Source: a phage | Direction: 5' to 3' (one strand) | Sequence record: NC_135732.1 | Length of the DNA: 64,000 nucleotides | Shown: positions 38,099 through 47,013 of the stretch, piece by piece | How the letters are laid out: each line of letters opens with the position of its first letter | Numbering within the stretch: position 1 is the stretch's first letter | Notes under the pieces: model-generated | Seen by the model: the letters and a program-made list of their open reading frames with translations, nothing else | Told to the model about the DNA's origin: nothing | Databases searched by the model: none | Program-made: the position numbers and the translations under genes

Positions 38099-38314
38099 AT
38101 GAAGATAGAAATATTTGGTGGGGCTGACAACACTCGTGGCCTGATTTACCTTGAATTCGATGAATCATACCTGCCAGAGGTGTTAAATATAGACTCTGTT
38201 GCTGAGGCTTTGGGAGTAAACCCTAAAGAACTCCACTCTTGTGCTGAGATCGATGGTTGGGAAGAGACCATGAACATTGATTTCAGTGAAGTAGAGGATG
38301 AACCGCTGGACTGA
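38099..38314 (+). CDS. small acidic protein (MKIEI family-like)
   Basis: AGGAGA RBS then ATG 38099; track ORF started upstream. Confidence 0.5.
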   Translation: MKIEIFGGADNTRGLIYLEFDESYLPEVLNIDSVAEALGVNPKELHSCAEIDGWEETMNIDFSEVEDEPLD

Positions 38315-38443
38315 CACACAATTAGCTGCCCGGCTAAAGTGCTGGAAGCGCACCTATAACACATATTTCAACTAAATTTCCCACCACCACAATCACTTAC
38401 CTACCACACGTGACTGTTTGCTTGTTTAGTGAGCAGTCATGCC

Positions 38444-38471
38444 TTGACATTCTTGCCTATCCTGATAAAAT
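38444..38471 (+). promoter_or_regulatory. sigma70-like promoter firing into non-coding region
   Basis: TTGACA, 16-nt spacer, TAAAAT; no credible ORF downstream. Confidence 0.4.
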
Positions 38472-39791
38472 TAAGTTCTTCTCTTTTCTTTTACCGAGTA
38501 ATTCGGGTTTTCTGTTCTCTTCGGTTTGAAGGGGTATGGAGATACACCTGAGTGAACAGGGTGAACAACCGAACCATTAGCTATGGCATTAGCATGGCGA
38601 AGCGGACGGGTGACGAAAGAGGGGCCGGAGGACACCAGTCACTGCCATATGATATATGGGTGATAACCTGAAGAGTCTGAATAAGTGTTTAAGTACCAGT
38701 CAGAGGAAAAGGTGAATGGTAGCCGAAGGGGGAGGGGGGGTTTCTTGTATCTTTAATTTGTATATTATGTATACACTTGTAAACCAATTTCATATGAATC
38801 TGTTTACCACACAAAGTGGATTGAGACAAATATTACCTATTAAACTTGAATTATTTATAGAAAATACCACAACACACCTTAAGTCTTTGATTTTACACAT
38901 AAATCTTACAGATATTCAACCTCCATATTTAACATACTTGTAACATATCCTATACCACACCTGCCTGATCAATTCCCCCAACTACATCCTCTATATTTTC
39001 CCTGTCTGTACTACCCCATCCCCGCCGGGAGTCCCGTCATATCTGGCTTTCCAGCAAATATCACACCCACAAATATCATTGCCTGAAGAGGGTTTCATCC
39101 TCTAATACCTGCCTTACCTGAAGAGCGCTTCATACACCACGTAAATTTTTTAATTGACCTGCAATTTTCCCGTCATGACCCCCTGCCCCGCCGGAGAGGT
39201 TGGCTTTTCCCACACAGACCTGAAGAGTCAGCCAGAAATATCTGAACAGGCCCAATTCTACCACGATTTTGACCTGACCTACAGGAGTGCTGCCAGGCGG
39301 ACGAAATGGGAATACTTCTCATTCTTATAATAATTCTCAAATATCGAGGCAGTGAAGCAAATTAATAGGTGAGGCCGTTCACATAGTGGCACAACATTTG
39401 CAATCTATTTTGTGTGGGGGAATGAGAATACCTATCATTGTGAGAACTGTTATCATTACGGGCAATTTAACATAATACCCATTATGCGCACCACTGGCGA
39501 TACATACAGGGATTGATAACATGAGTTACTGTTTACGCATATAACAATTATATTTATTACTATTTGTGTGGGATATAGTTAGCAGCCGATAGATTAGATA
39601 TTGACCTGCGGACTTCTGACCGTCTAGACGTCTAAACGCCCACACAGCAAGAGTTATACATACATCGCTGAATGTAAACAGGGCCGCAAAAATGCTACCA
39701 TACCAGTTTGTAAATTTTTCATGCAGCACTTGACAAAGAGGAGAAAAACTTGTCTGACATAATGTGACCTAACTGACACAACATGACACTT

Positions 39792-39875
39792 TTACACACC
39801 TATTAGTTTACACACTGGATTGTTTACATTCCTGATTGTTCACATGCTAACCATTTACATGATTGACTGTTTACA
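39792..39875. repeat. iteron-like array of TTTACA(C/T)A motifs
   Basis: Six copies at about 15-16 bp spacing (39792, 39807, 39823, 39838 variant, 39854, 39870). Confidence 0.6.
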
Positions 39876-39888
39876 CACCGATAATCAG

Positions 39889-40138
39889 CCATGCCATTCG
39901 TTTGCATGACAATAATTATACATGACAATAATCGCACTGATTATAATTAGCATGACATAATATAAAAGCAGGGCAACTATTAGCAGATCTATAGTTGCCT
40001 TGCTTGTTATGTCATGATTAACTAAATACAAGGCAACTATGATCTGATTAATAGTTTGCAGACAAACTATCACGGGGGTGATGGTTACTGCTTTTATATT
40101 ATGTCGCGACTCCGTCGCGCCATGCCATTCGTTTGCAT
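39889..40138. repeat. symmetric element: 18-bp direct repeats flanking inverted repeats
   Basis: CATGCCATTCGTTTGCAT at 39890 and 40121; inverted arms 39950-39971 and 40089-40111; internal hairpin 39971-39998. Confidence 0.6.
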
Positions 40139-40763
40139 AGTTGCCTTATTGTTACAGATAAAATAATTGTATTGTTAATTATTTCTTATCTTTCTATTAG
40201 TCATCTAATGATTTCAGTTAATATAGTAACGTACAGTAAACATTAGACGACTAAAGATTTCTCTGCTTATGGTAACCTAACGTGACAATTCCAGACTGTT
40301 TACGAAAAATGTTGACACCTGGGCCGATTTATGTTATGCAGTTTACACGAATAATTATTTTATGCAGGTATTGACTATTCCGTTATTCTACGGTTGGAAT
40401 AAATGCTTAGCAGGCTATAGAATGGCGAGCGTACGTAAATTCTGAGATCTGGCGGCTATAGTTATACTCGATTTTTCACGTAGAAAACGCTTTTGTAGTT
40501 ATGTAAGTGTATGACTTATAAGAATTTTTAGTTGTTGACAAGCTATTGAAGATATGCATCAGGTTAAATTTTGTGCAAATGCTGCATTACGTGCAATTTT
40601 GGAAGGAAAAACGTGTAAAAATGGCCCTGCTACCACACAATGAAAAATTATGCAATAGTTATTTTATATGTATGTTTGTACAGTGGGGTTAATTGCTGGC
40701 TTGTTGATTATTCCATTTGCCAGGCGGGGCCATTTGTGGTAGGAAAAGAGGAGACAAAAAGAA

Positions 40764-40788
40764 AGGGGCTTTAAGCCCCTGACCGTGC
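40764..40788 (-). terminator. rho-independent terminator for minus-strand block
   Basis: GGGGC-TTTAA-GCCCC hairpin followed on the minus strand by TTTCTTTTT. Confidence 0.6.
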
Positions 40789-40799
40789 ACCTTGTTGTA

Positions 40800-41064
40800 T
40801 TATTTGTTGCTCATCCAGTTTTCCCAAGCTGCCTGATAATCTGCCTCACTACGGCGGATCTCTTCTTGCTCTTCAAGGCGGATCTCTTCTTCCAGGTACC
40901 CCAAGATGTCAGCCTTTTTGGTCTGGCGTAACATCCAATCATCTTTTTTTACGAGTGAAGATCTTATAAGCTTTCTCGCAAACCTCTTTTTTGCTACCTT
41001 TCTGGACTTCAAGAATTCTGTAGGCCATGTACTGAACTAATTTAAGCTGATCCAGACGTTTCAT
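40800..41064 (-). pseudogene. small basic protein gene with apparent 1-nt frameshift at an A7 tract
   Basis: ATG 41064 frame stops at 40939; downstream frame (track ORF 40800..41012, TTG start) continues; junction at homopolymer 40944-40950. Confidence 0.4.
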
Positions 41065-41141
41065 GATGTTTCCTCTTTATGTGGTTCGTTTTGATTAGTT
41101 GATAATACAGCAGTTCGCAGATCAGTCTTTAGCAATTCATG

Positions 41142-41360
41142 CTATTTACTCACAACGGTGTCGAAAACAAATTTTTCTTTATTGTCTAAACTCACGTATC
41201 CGATTCGACCACGCAAGCCGCAAGTAGTGCCGTACTCGTAACCATTAAGGCCTTTAACCTTCCAATCCGTACCCATTAAAACCGCATTATATTCCTGACC
41301 AACTACAAAAGCGCCCCCAGTCGATTCAATGCAAACAACTTTAATTTTACGGGTTGTCAT
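41142..41360 (-). CDS. hypothetical protein
   Basis: ATG 41360 with AGAAAG upstream. Confidence 0.5.
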   Translation of the reverse strand: MTTRKIKVVCIESTGGAFVVGQEYNAVLMGTDWKVKGLNGYEYGTTCGLRGRIGYVSLDNKEKFVFDTVVSK

Positions 41361-41420
41361 TTTCTTTCTCTCTTTGTGTGGTTCTGATTAGTGGGCCTTT
41401 TGGCCCGTGTCATTATCTTA

Positions 41421-41693
41421 TTACTTACGGCGGCAGAATTCAAGCGTTTTTAATTGATAATCTTCCTCAGCCTGGAGTACAACCGCCTCGATCATTTCGT
41501 TGGCATTGTTGAAGCCATACCCTTTAGCGAACTCATCCGCACCACCTTCGTGATCATGTTCTGCGTTCATCGCTTCCACGAAATGGAATTCAAGATTATT
41601 GAGATAAGGGCTTGATGTTCCGTCCTCTTTTTCGATGAGATCCCAAATAGCATTAAAACGTGATTCGACTTCTTGATTAATCCAGCTTGACAT
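41421..41693 (-). CDS. hypothetical acidic protein
   Basis: GAGGAAAAC RBS. Confidence 0.5.
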   Translation of the reverse strand: MSSWINQEVESRFNAIWDLIEKEDGTSSPYLNNLEFHFVEAMNAEHDHEGGADEFAKGYGFNNANEMIEAVVLQAEEDYQLKTLEFCRRK

Positions 41694-41946
41694 AATGTTT
41701 TCCTCTCTTCTGGTTGTTGTGTGGGCACTTTTGCCCCTTCAAGATAAATGTTACCCCACCCCATGGCAGATGTCAACGGTTTTTATAGTTCTTATATGAC
41801 AGGCAGGCCCGGTGATTTGCGATCATAGTGATTCCTCCAGATCTTCCCGAACCTTTTCGGTTTATTCAGTTTATTGTTACGCTGGCGGCGTTCTGGCAGC
41901 TCTTCGGAATCGTGGGGGCGCTTTACAATTTTTTCGAAATTAATTT

Positions 41947-42294
41947 TCATAAATTTCCCCCTTTACTAATTTCAATATTTGCCTGAATCGCCCGGATACG
42001 ACGTTTTATGACCTCCTGATCCTTGCAATCATATCCCCAAAAGTCTACGATCTTTGCGCCTCCGGCCTTTAGGCGGTATAGTGTTTCCTGCATCTTGTAA
42101 GCTGGGATCGGTCGCGGTGTTACCTGGTCGCCTCTCTCATCTTTGTACTTGATTATGTAGTCTTCGTTGTCGTTGAATACCCAAAATGGGTATTCTGTGA
42201 GCGCGTTGCTATCTTTTTCGTTTTTAGATTGGATCTTGTTTACAATTAAAGCCGTAGCAATAGCGCCAATAATAAAACTTGCCCCGCTGATCAT
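41947..42294 (-). CDS. hypothetical protein, N-terminal membrane anchor
   Basis: ATG 42294; N-terminal hydrophobic helix. Confidence 0.5.
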   Translation of the reverse strand: MISGASFIIGAIATALIVNKIQSKNEKDSNALTEYPFWVFNDNEDYIIKYKDERGDQVTPRPIPAYKMQETLYRLKAGGAKIVDFWGYDCKDQEVIKRRIRAIQANIEISKGGNL

Positions 42295-42368
42295 GTACTT
42301 TCTCCTTTCATGGTGTTAATAAATTATCTTTATAGATGGCCCTGCAACCAGGACCACCGAAAAAATAA

Positions 42369-42614
42369 CTATTTCACAATGCCTACAAAACAGATCCCGC
42401 CTTCACCTATATAAGCAATATCGGTCACTTTATAACTTGTCAAGATCTGCTTATTTAGTTCATTAATAAAATCGGTCATTGCGTTGGTGTAGTTGTCTTC
42501 CGTGTCTAAGGCATAATCCCAAGTGTACACCTTTTTACGTCCGAAGCCTTTTACCATGATACGGGCGCTTTTGGTGTTGGTAGGGGCATAATATTTGGTG
42601 ATTAGTGCTGCCAT
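42369..42614 (-). CDS. hypothetical protein
   Basis: GGAG RBS. Confidence 0.5.
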   Translation of the reverse strand: MAALITKYYAPTNTKSARIMVKGFGRKKVYTWDYALDTEDNYTNAMTDFINELNKQILTSYKVTDIAYIGEGGICFVGIVK

Positions 42615-42703
42615 GGTTTTAACTCCTATGCATTAGTTCAGTGTTAACAGTATAAAGTTTACTTTATTGATGGCCCTGGTGTCAAGGCCATCTAAAAATA
42701 AGC

Positions 42704-43045
42704 TTACTCGTTTTCTTCCAGCTCCGCAAGCTCTTCTTTTGCTTCTTCTAACTCTGTCTGTAATTCCTGGTATTCTTCATCGTCCTCAATATCCAGGCTG
42801 TCGATGTAGTCGCTAAATCCGCAGCGGTAAGCGATAGGATCTAGCTCCTTGAGGATACGCGACGGAAGAAAAGAAATGTTTCCGATCATAATTTCGCCGT
42901 AGATCTCGTCTAACCATTCATCATAGTTTTCGTCGTACTTGTCCTCGTCGATTTCAAAGTTATCGATCTTATTCTCAAGGTCTGCGATCTGTTTTTTCAG
43001 TTCAGCGATCTGCATAGCTTTTTCTGAGGCGGTCATAGTAGTCAT
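42704..43045 (-). CDS. acidic coiled-coil protein
   Basis: AAGGAGAAAAAC RBS; heptad-like QIAELKKQIADLENKI and acidic C-terminus. Confidence 0.5.
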   Translation of the reverse strand: MTTMTASEKAMQIAELKKQIADLENKIDNFEIDEDKYDENYDEWLDEIYGEIMIGNISFLPSRILKELDPIAYRCGFSDYIDSLDIEDDEEYQELQTELEEAKEELAELEENE

Positions 43046-43096
43046 GGTGTTTTTCTCCTTTTGTGTGTTCTGGGAAGTTTTCCCGTTTATGTGCTT

Positions 43097-43124
43097 ATTA
43101 TATCGATTTAAGTTAGCTTGTCAA
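43097..43124 (-). promoter_or_regulatory. sigma70-like promoter (minus strand)
   Basis: Minus-strand TTGACA, 16-nt spacer, TATAAT upstream of 43045 gene. Confidence 0.55.
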
Positions 43125-43307
43125 TTAAAAGTTTAAGAAAAATTTTGCGACACCGTTGGCGCTACCCATCAACATTTGCGCCAGGATGTACCCAATGATG
43201 CAAACGATGATGGTTACCTTTGTGTGCTGGCGGGAAACATTCCCGCCTTTTGTGTCTAGTTTACTTAAATTTTGCAGCGTGTCAATGATTTTTATTCGTG
43301 GGCGCAT
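43125..43307 (-). CDS. small membrane protein
   Basis: ATG 43307 with no clear RBS, possibly coupled; hydrophobic core. Confidence 0.35.
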   Translation of the reverse strand: MRPRIKIIDTLQNLSKLDTKGGNVSRQHTKVTIIVCIIGYILAQMLMGSANGVAKFFLNF

Positions 43308-43690
43308 GTTACAATGTGCTTTTTATAGCCCAGGTGGTCAGCAAGTGCCGACAAAAACTCTTCTTCGTAGATCCAGCCGTCGGCAGTGATCCCCATAGCA
43401 TTTAATGCGCTCTCAAGTGCTGCGTTAGCTTTATCATAACCGTGACCGCTCGCCTTGCCGCCAGTATAGCCGTACTTATTGTTCTTGTTGTCGTGAATCC
43501 AAAACACGCAGTAGTGAGTGTTCCCGCTGGCGGCGGCATAATACCGGATCTCAGCTACTTCGTGCAAATTATTGTCATCGTCCAGGCCCACCAGATTATA
43601 AGCCTTGTAAAATCCACGATCACGGCGGCAGTTCTTGACATCAGAAAAAGAAAAGTCCGCATTATCAAAATTAAAGGTAGTGGTTTTCAT
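43292..43690 (-). CDS. hypothetical protein
   Basis: AAGAGGA RBS; GYTGGKASGHGYDK motif, function unknown. Confidence 0.5.
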   Translation of the reverse strand: MKTTTFNFDNADFSFSDVKNCRRDRGFYKAYNLVGLDDDNNLHEVAEIRYYAAASGNTHYCVFWIHDNKNNKYGYTGGKASGHGYDKANAALESALNAMGITADGWIYEEEFLSALADHLGYKKHIVTCAHE

Positions 43691-43754
43691 GATTTTATCC
43701 TCTTAGTGTCTTTTGTGCTTTTAGTGTATTTGGTGTCGGACTATATGTCAATAC

Positions 43755-43952
43755 TTATTTTTTATTAAACCAGTGGTTGATCTGTCCTTTTGTCAGGGCG
43801 CAACGATTAAGCTGTTGCCGGGTATAGCTCTGACCGCGACGGAATTTATAAAGGCCTTGCCCGTTGTTGATGGTTACGTCCACCTGGCAAACCATTTGAT
43901 CGGTGACCACCTGGCGAGTGTTGCGACGTACTTTGATCCCGTATGCGTTCAT
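43755..43952 (-). CDS. hypothetical small basic protein
   Basis: AGAGGA RBS then ATG 43952; track ORF extended upstream to a TTG. Confidence 0.45.
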   Translation of the reverse strand: MNAYGIKVRRNTRQVVTDQMVCQVDVTINNGQGLYKFRRGQSYTRQQLNRCALTKGQINHWFNKK

Positions 43953-44392
43953 AAATTTATCCTCTTTACTGGTTAGTGCGGTGTTGTTCACCTTGTAGGG
44001 TAATAATACCATGATTAACCTTGTTGTCAACGATTATTTTAAATTATTTTTATGATAGAATCCACCTGCCGCCCCCGCCAGGTTAACCACCATTTTTCGT
44101 ACTCTTCTTTATGTTCCCGCGCTTCTGTATCATTAATCACTACATTTCCCAGGTGAGTAGCATTACCTTTCATTTTTGTACCTCCTCTTCAATTGTTTAC
44201 CCTACAGCATGGGCCTACCAGGTTTGCAAGATTTCACCCTCTCCCACCTGGTCAGTTAGGTCCTGCCAGGCTGGCCCCGCCAGGTTGCAACGGTTAGCGC
44301 ATCAGGTTAGAAAAATTTTTTGAAAAGGTGTTGACAGCGGCCCCGCCAGGGGGCACAATATACCTATCGAAAGGACGGCAGGCACCGGTGAC

Positions 44393-44590
44393 GGGGGAGA
44401 CAACCACCGGGGATGGGCGCTGCATAAAATGAGAACGGTTATCATTATCATTTAAAAATTTATGCAAAAAATCCTTGCCTTCTTTGTCCTGTGTGATACT
44501 ATAATAACAAGCCGGGGCAACAGGGGCCGGGAGACAATCACCGGGCCTGCCCGTTATTCTGCAAACGAGAATGATTATCATTCAAAATTC
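44393..44590. repeat. two copies of a roughly 65-nt repeat
   Basis: GAGACAA(C/T)CACCGGG...GAGAA(C/T)G(G/A)TTATCATT...AAAATT at 44393-44460 and 44527-44590. Confidence 0.55.
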
Positions 44591-44786
44591 TAAATGAGAA
44601 CTCCTCGCATTTAATAAATTTAATTAGCATGCTAATTACCCTCCGTAACAATTTCCTATAAAACAGTATCCCATAAAATATTCCCATATAGAAATTTTAA
44701 AAATCCATTTCTGAAAACGAAAAATCGATTTCGTCCCCAAAAATTTCAGGTCGAGAGCTGGAACGATTTCCAGAAAATCCGATTCA

Positions 44787-44882
44787 GAAAACGAAAAACA
44801 GATCGAGTACTTGGAAATTTATCGAGAAAAATTTTCAGAAAATTCAATCTTTGAAACGAAAAACAGATCGAGTACTTGGAAA
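44787..44882. repeat. tandem direct repeats, about 66-bp period
   Basis: AACGAAAAACAGATCGAGTACTTGGAA identical at about 44790 and 44856; degenerate third copy near 44711. Confidence 0.6.
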
Positions 44883-45187
44883 GCTGTACCGCAACTTCAA
44901 GATAGTGGTTAGATTATTACCATAAAAGGTCAAGGGTAAGTGGAGGAAGTTCTAGTAGAAGGATGTGAGCATGTGCGGGAAATCTGTAATGGTGGTCTGG
45001 AATATGGTGCAAACGATAGGATGAGCGATTCAGCTTGTCGCGCCTACTCTGAAAAATCCATTTTAGTTTTCGATCCATTTTCTGATTTTCTAAGAATTTT
45101 AAAATATCTGGTCCGGTTAAATATCAAAAGGAGGAAATCCATTTTAGAAATCCTCCTGATCTCTAGCAACCTGATAACTTAAAAATA

Positions 45188-45520
45188 TCAGGTGCCCAGT
45201 TTGTTCTTTCCTTTATACAACCGTAAGGGTATAGTTTTTGTAACAGTCCATCTCCCCAGCCCTTCCCAGTTCCAGTTGTAGGCATGGTACCCGGTTACGC
45301 ATGCACTGCTAGAGTGGTCATAGGCATAAGAGAACGCTATACGCACCAAATGGAACCAGTCTTTCCACGGTTGTGGTCCGTAAGCTTTTCTCCAACACCG
45401 ACACAAACTAAATGTCTCAAGAATAGGCAGGATAACAAATCCATACACCGCCACCAGAATAGCCAACGCAATGATTGTCAGGAATACATACCCTGCAGTT
45501 GAAACGATGATCTCTGTCAT
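45188..45520 (-). CDS. membrane protein
   Basis: GGGGA RBS; N-terminal transmembrane helix. Confidence 0.5.
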   Translation of the reverse strand: MTEIIVSTAGYVFLTIIALAILVAVYGFVILPILETFSLCRCWRKAYGPQPWKDWFHLVRIAFSYAYDHSSSACVTGYHAYNWNWEGLGRWTVTKTIPLRLYKGKNKLGT

Positions 45521-45715
45521 TTGTCGTCCCCTTTCTTACGGATATAGATGTGAGAGCCTGCCTGTATATAAATTTCTCGACCATCTTCTGCAAAGATATG
45601 AAATACACGATCACCTTCATACTCGATACGTGATATCTTCATAATGGTCTTTCCACCTGGGATGCGGATCTCGTCCCCCACAGCGATGTTCCATGCAGAT
45701 TTAAGCTTAAACATC
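45517..45715 (-). CDS. hypothetical small protein
   Basis: GGAGG RBS then ATG 45715; track start was GTG. Confidence 0.5.
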
Positions 45716-45952
45716 TGCACCCTCCTTTGGGAGCTCTAACTCTGGCATAGCCATATACGCCACAACAGGGTTGTAATCAAAGTAGAAATGGCCGTTAATT
45801 ATCCCAGTTTTGTGAGCATAGTCACCAGATCCTGCAAGAACAACCTCGCAAACTCCGAAATCCACCTTGCCATTCTCATCTGCCATGGCTACAATATACT
45901 TTCCTAGAGGCATGTTTTCAACGCCGTCTACAAATGTCCACCCTTTGTTCAT
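45707..45952 (-). CDS. hypothetical protein
   Basis: AGGAGA RBS. Confidence 0.5.
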   Translation of the reverse strand: MNKGWTFVDGVENMPLGKYIVAMADENGKVDFGVCEVVLAGSGDYAHKTGIINGHFYFDYNPVVAYMAMPELELPKEGADV

Positions 45953-45972
45953 ACTTTATCTCCTGCATTCTC

Positions 45973-46305
45973 TTAAGGTAACCAGTAAACAATCTCGCCT
46001 TTCAGCTTCATGTCGTTTCCAACATAAATTTGCCAGCCATCCATCTTAGCAGCTGCAGGCCCAAAGTCATCCGCACCCCTTACCTCTTTCCAGGCCCAGT
46101 AGTCAGGCTGCCAGATGTAAAATCCACCTTCTTTGTCCCATGCTCCATACACTACGTTTAACAAGTTTCCCATTGCAACAATAGTGGGCCGTGGGAACAA
46201 TGCATCTACAGATGCGCCACAATTTCTGGTATCTTTTAAGTTGCAATCCCAAAAGATGTCTGCCAGTGTGGCGGCGATAGCTTTACGTCTTTCCAATGTT
46301 ACCAT
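45973..46305 (-). CDS. hypothetical protein
   Basis: ATG ORF, weak RBS. Confidence 0.45.
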   Translation of the reverse strand: MVTLERRKAIAATLADIFWDCNLKDTRNCGASVDALFPRPTIVAMGNLLNVVYGAWDKEGGFYIWQPDYWAWKEVRGADDFGPAAAKMDGWQIYVGNDMKLKGEIVYWLP

Positions 46306-46312
46306 ATCATAC

Positions 46313-46504
46313 TCACTTGTTGTTAATAAGTTCTAAAACTTTCTGTCTTACTTTGTCAAGGTCTGTGGATTCAAAAACTGTACGGTATCCCCAACTTTGC
46401 CCATAGGAGTGACTGCAATCCCCGTAGCACCATTGCTCAATTTGATAGTATTCAAGGAACGGGTGCTGTCTAACTATGATACTATCCCGGTTAAAAATTA
46501 CCAT
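46313..46504 (-). CDS. hypothetical small protein
   Basis: ATG ORF. Confidence 0.45.
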   Translation of the reverse strand: MVIFNRDSIIVRQHPFLEYYQIEQWCYGDCSHSYGQSWGYRTVFESTDLDKVRQKVLELINNK

Positions 46505-46567
46505 AATACATCGCTCTCTGTTAGTTTATGCGTATATTATACACTGCAGTTTTCAGATGTCAACCTC

Positions 46568-46762
46568 TTACAGATTGCTCCAGTACAATCGGCATTTACA
46601 TTTTGGGCAATGAGGTTCTTTTATGTAATAACCATCAGTCTTTGGAACACTTTTTGGTGCAGTTTTAAGATTGTACCTGGTAAAACATCGGAAGCAGGTT
46701 ACCTCTCCCACCTGTTGATCGTTGATCCACTCACCAGAGTAAAGCTCTTTCTTGTTTCTCAT
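46568..46762 (-). CDS. small zinc-ribbon-like protein
   Basis: GGAGAG RBS then ATG 46762; CFRC...CPKC pairs. Confidence 0.5.
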   Translation of the reverse strand: MRNKKELYSGEWINDQQVGEVTCFRCFTRYNLKTAPKSVPKTDGYYIKEPHCPKCKCRLYWSNL

Positions 46763-47013
46763 AATTCTCTCCCAAATCATCTGCAATCTTATACCAAAAT
46801 CTCCAGCCAGAAAGCACACGGGAACACTTTGAGGATTGAATCTTTACTTGGCTCGGAAGTTCTTTTTCCGTATGGTAGGTAGAAATACCCTCCTGCAGAT
46901 TCGAATATAGCTCCTTCGGTTGTATCTACCACAGCAAGAATTAAGATTTTAGTCTCCACAGTGCTCTCCTCTCTTAGTTGTTGTGGAAACTATATCACCT
47001 CAGAAGATGGTCG

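Noticed and set aside
38716-38943. 75-aa plus-strand ORF in the non-coding region
   Set aside because: Starts inside the poly-G tract with low-complexity translation in an AT-rich repeat region; kept only as a remote possibility.
42334-42695. GATGGCCCTG hairpins downstream of two minus-strand genes
   Set aside because: Stable stems (for example GATGGCC...GGCCATC at 42670-42693) but no U-run in either orientation; function unclear, not annotated.
44294-44581. 95-aa minus-strand ORF
   Set aside because: Spans the 65-nt repeats and the GCCCCGCCAGG motifs; Pro/Gly/Ala-rich translation is driven by repeat composition.
44787-44882. Possible CRISPR array
   Set aside because: Only 2-3 repeat copies, repeat length and spacing do not fit repeat-spacer architecture, and no cas genes are present; called tandem direct repeats instead.
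38315-45180. tRNA genes in the non-coding regions
   Set aside because: Scanned both strands by eye for T-arm (GGTTCGAAT-like) and acceptor features; none found. A tRNA-prediction scan would be needed to exclude divergent tRNAs.
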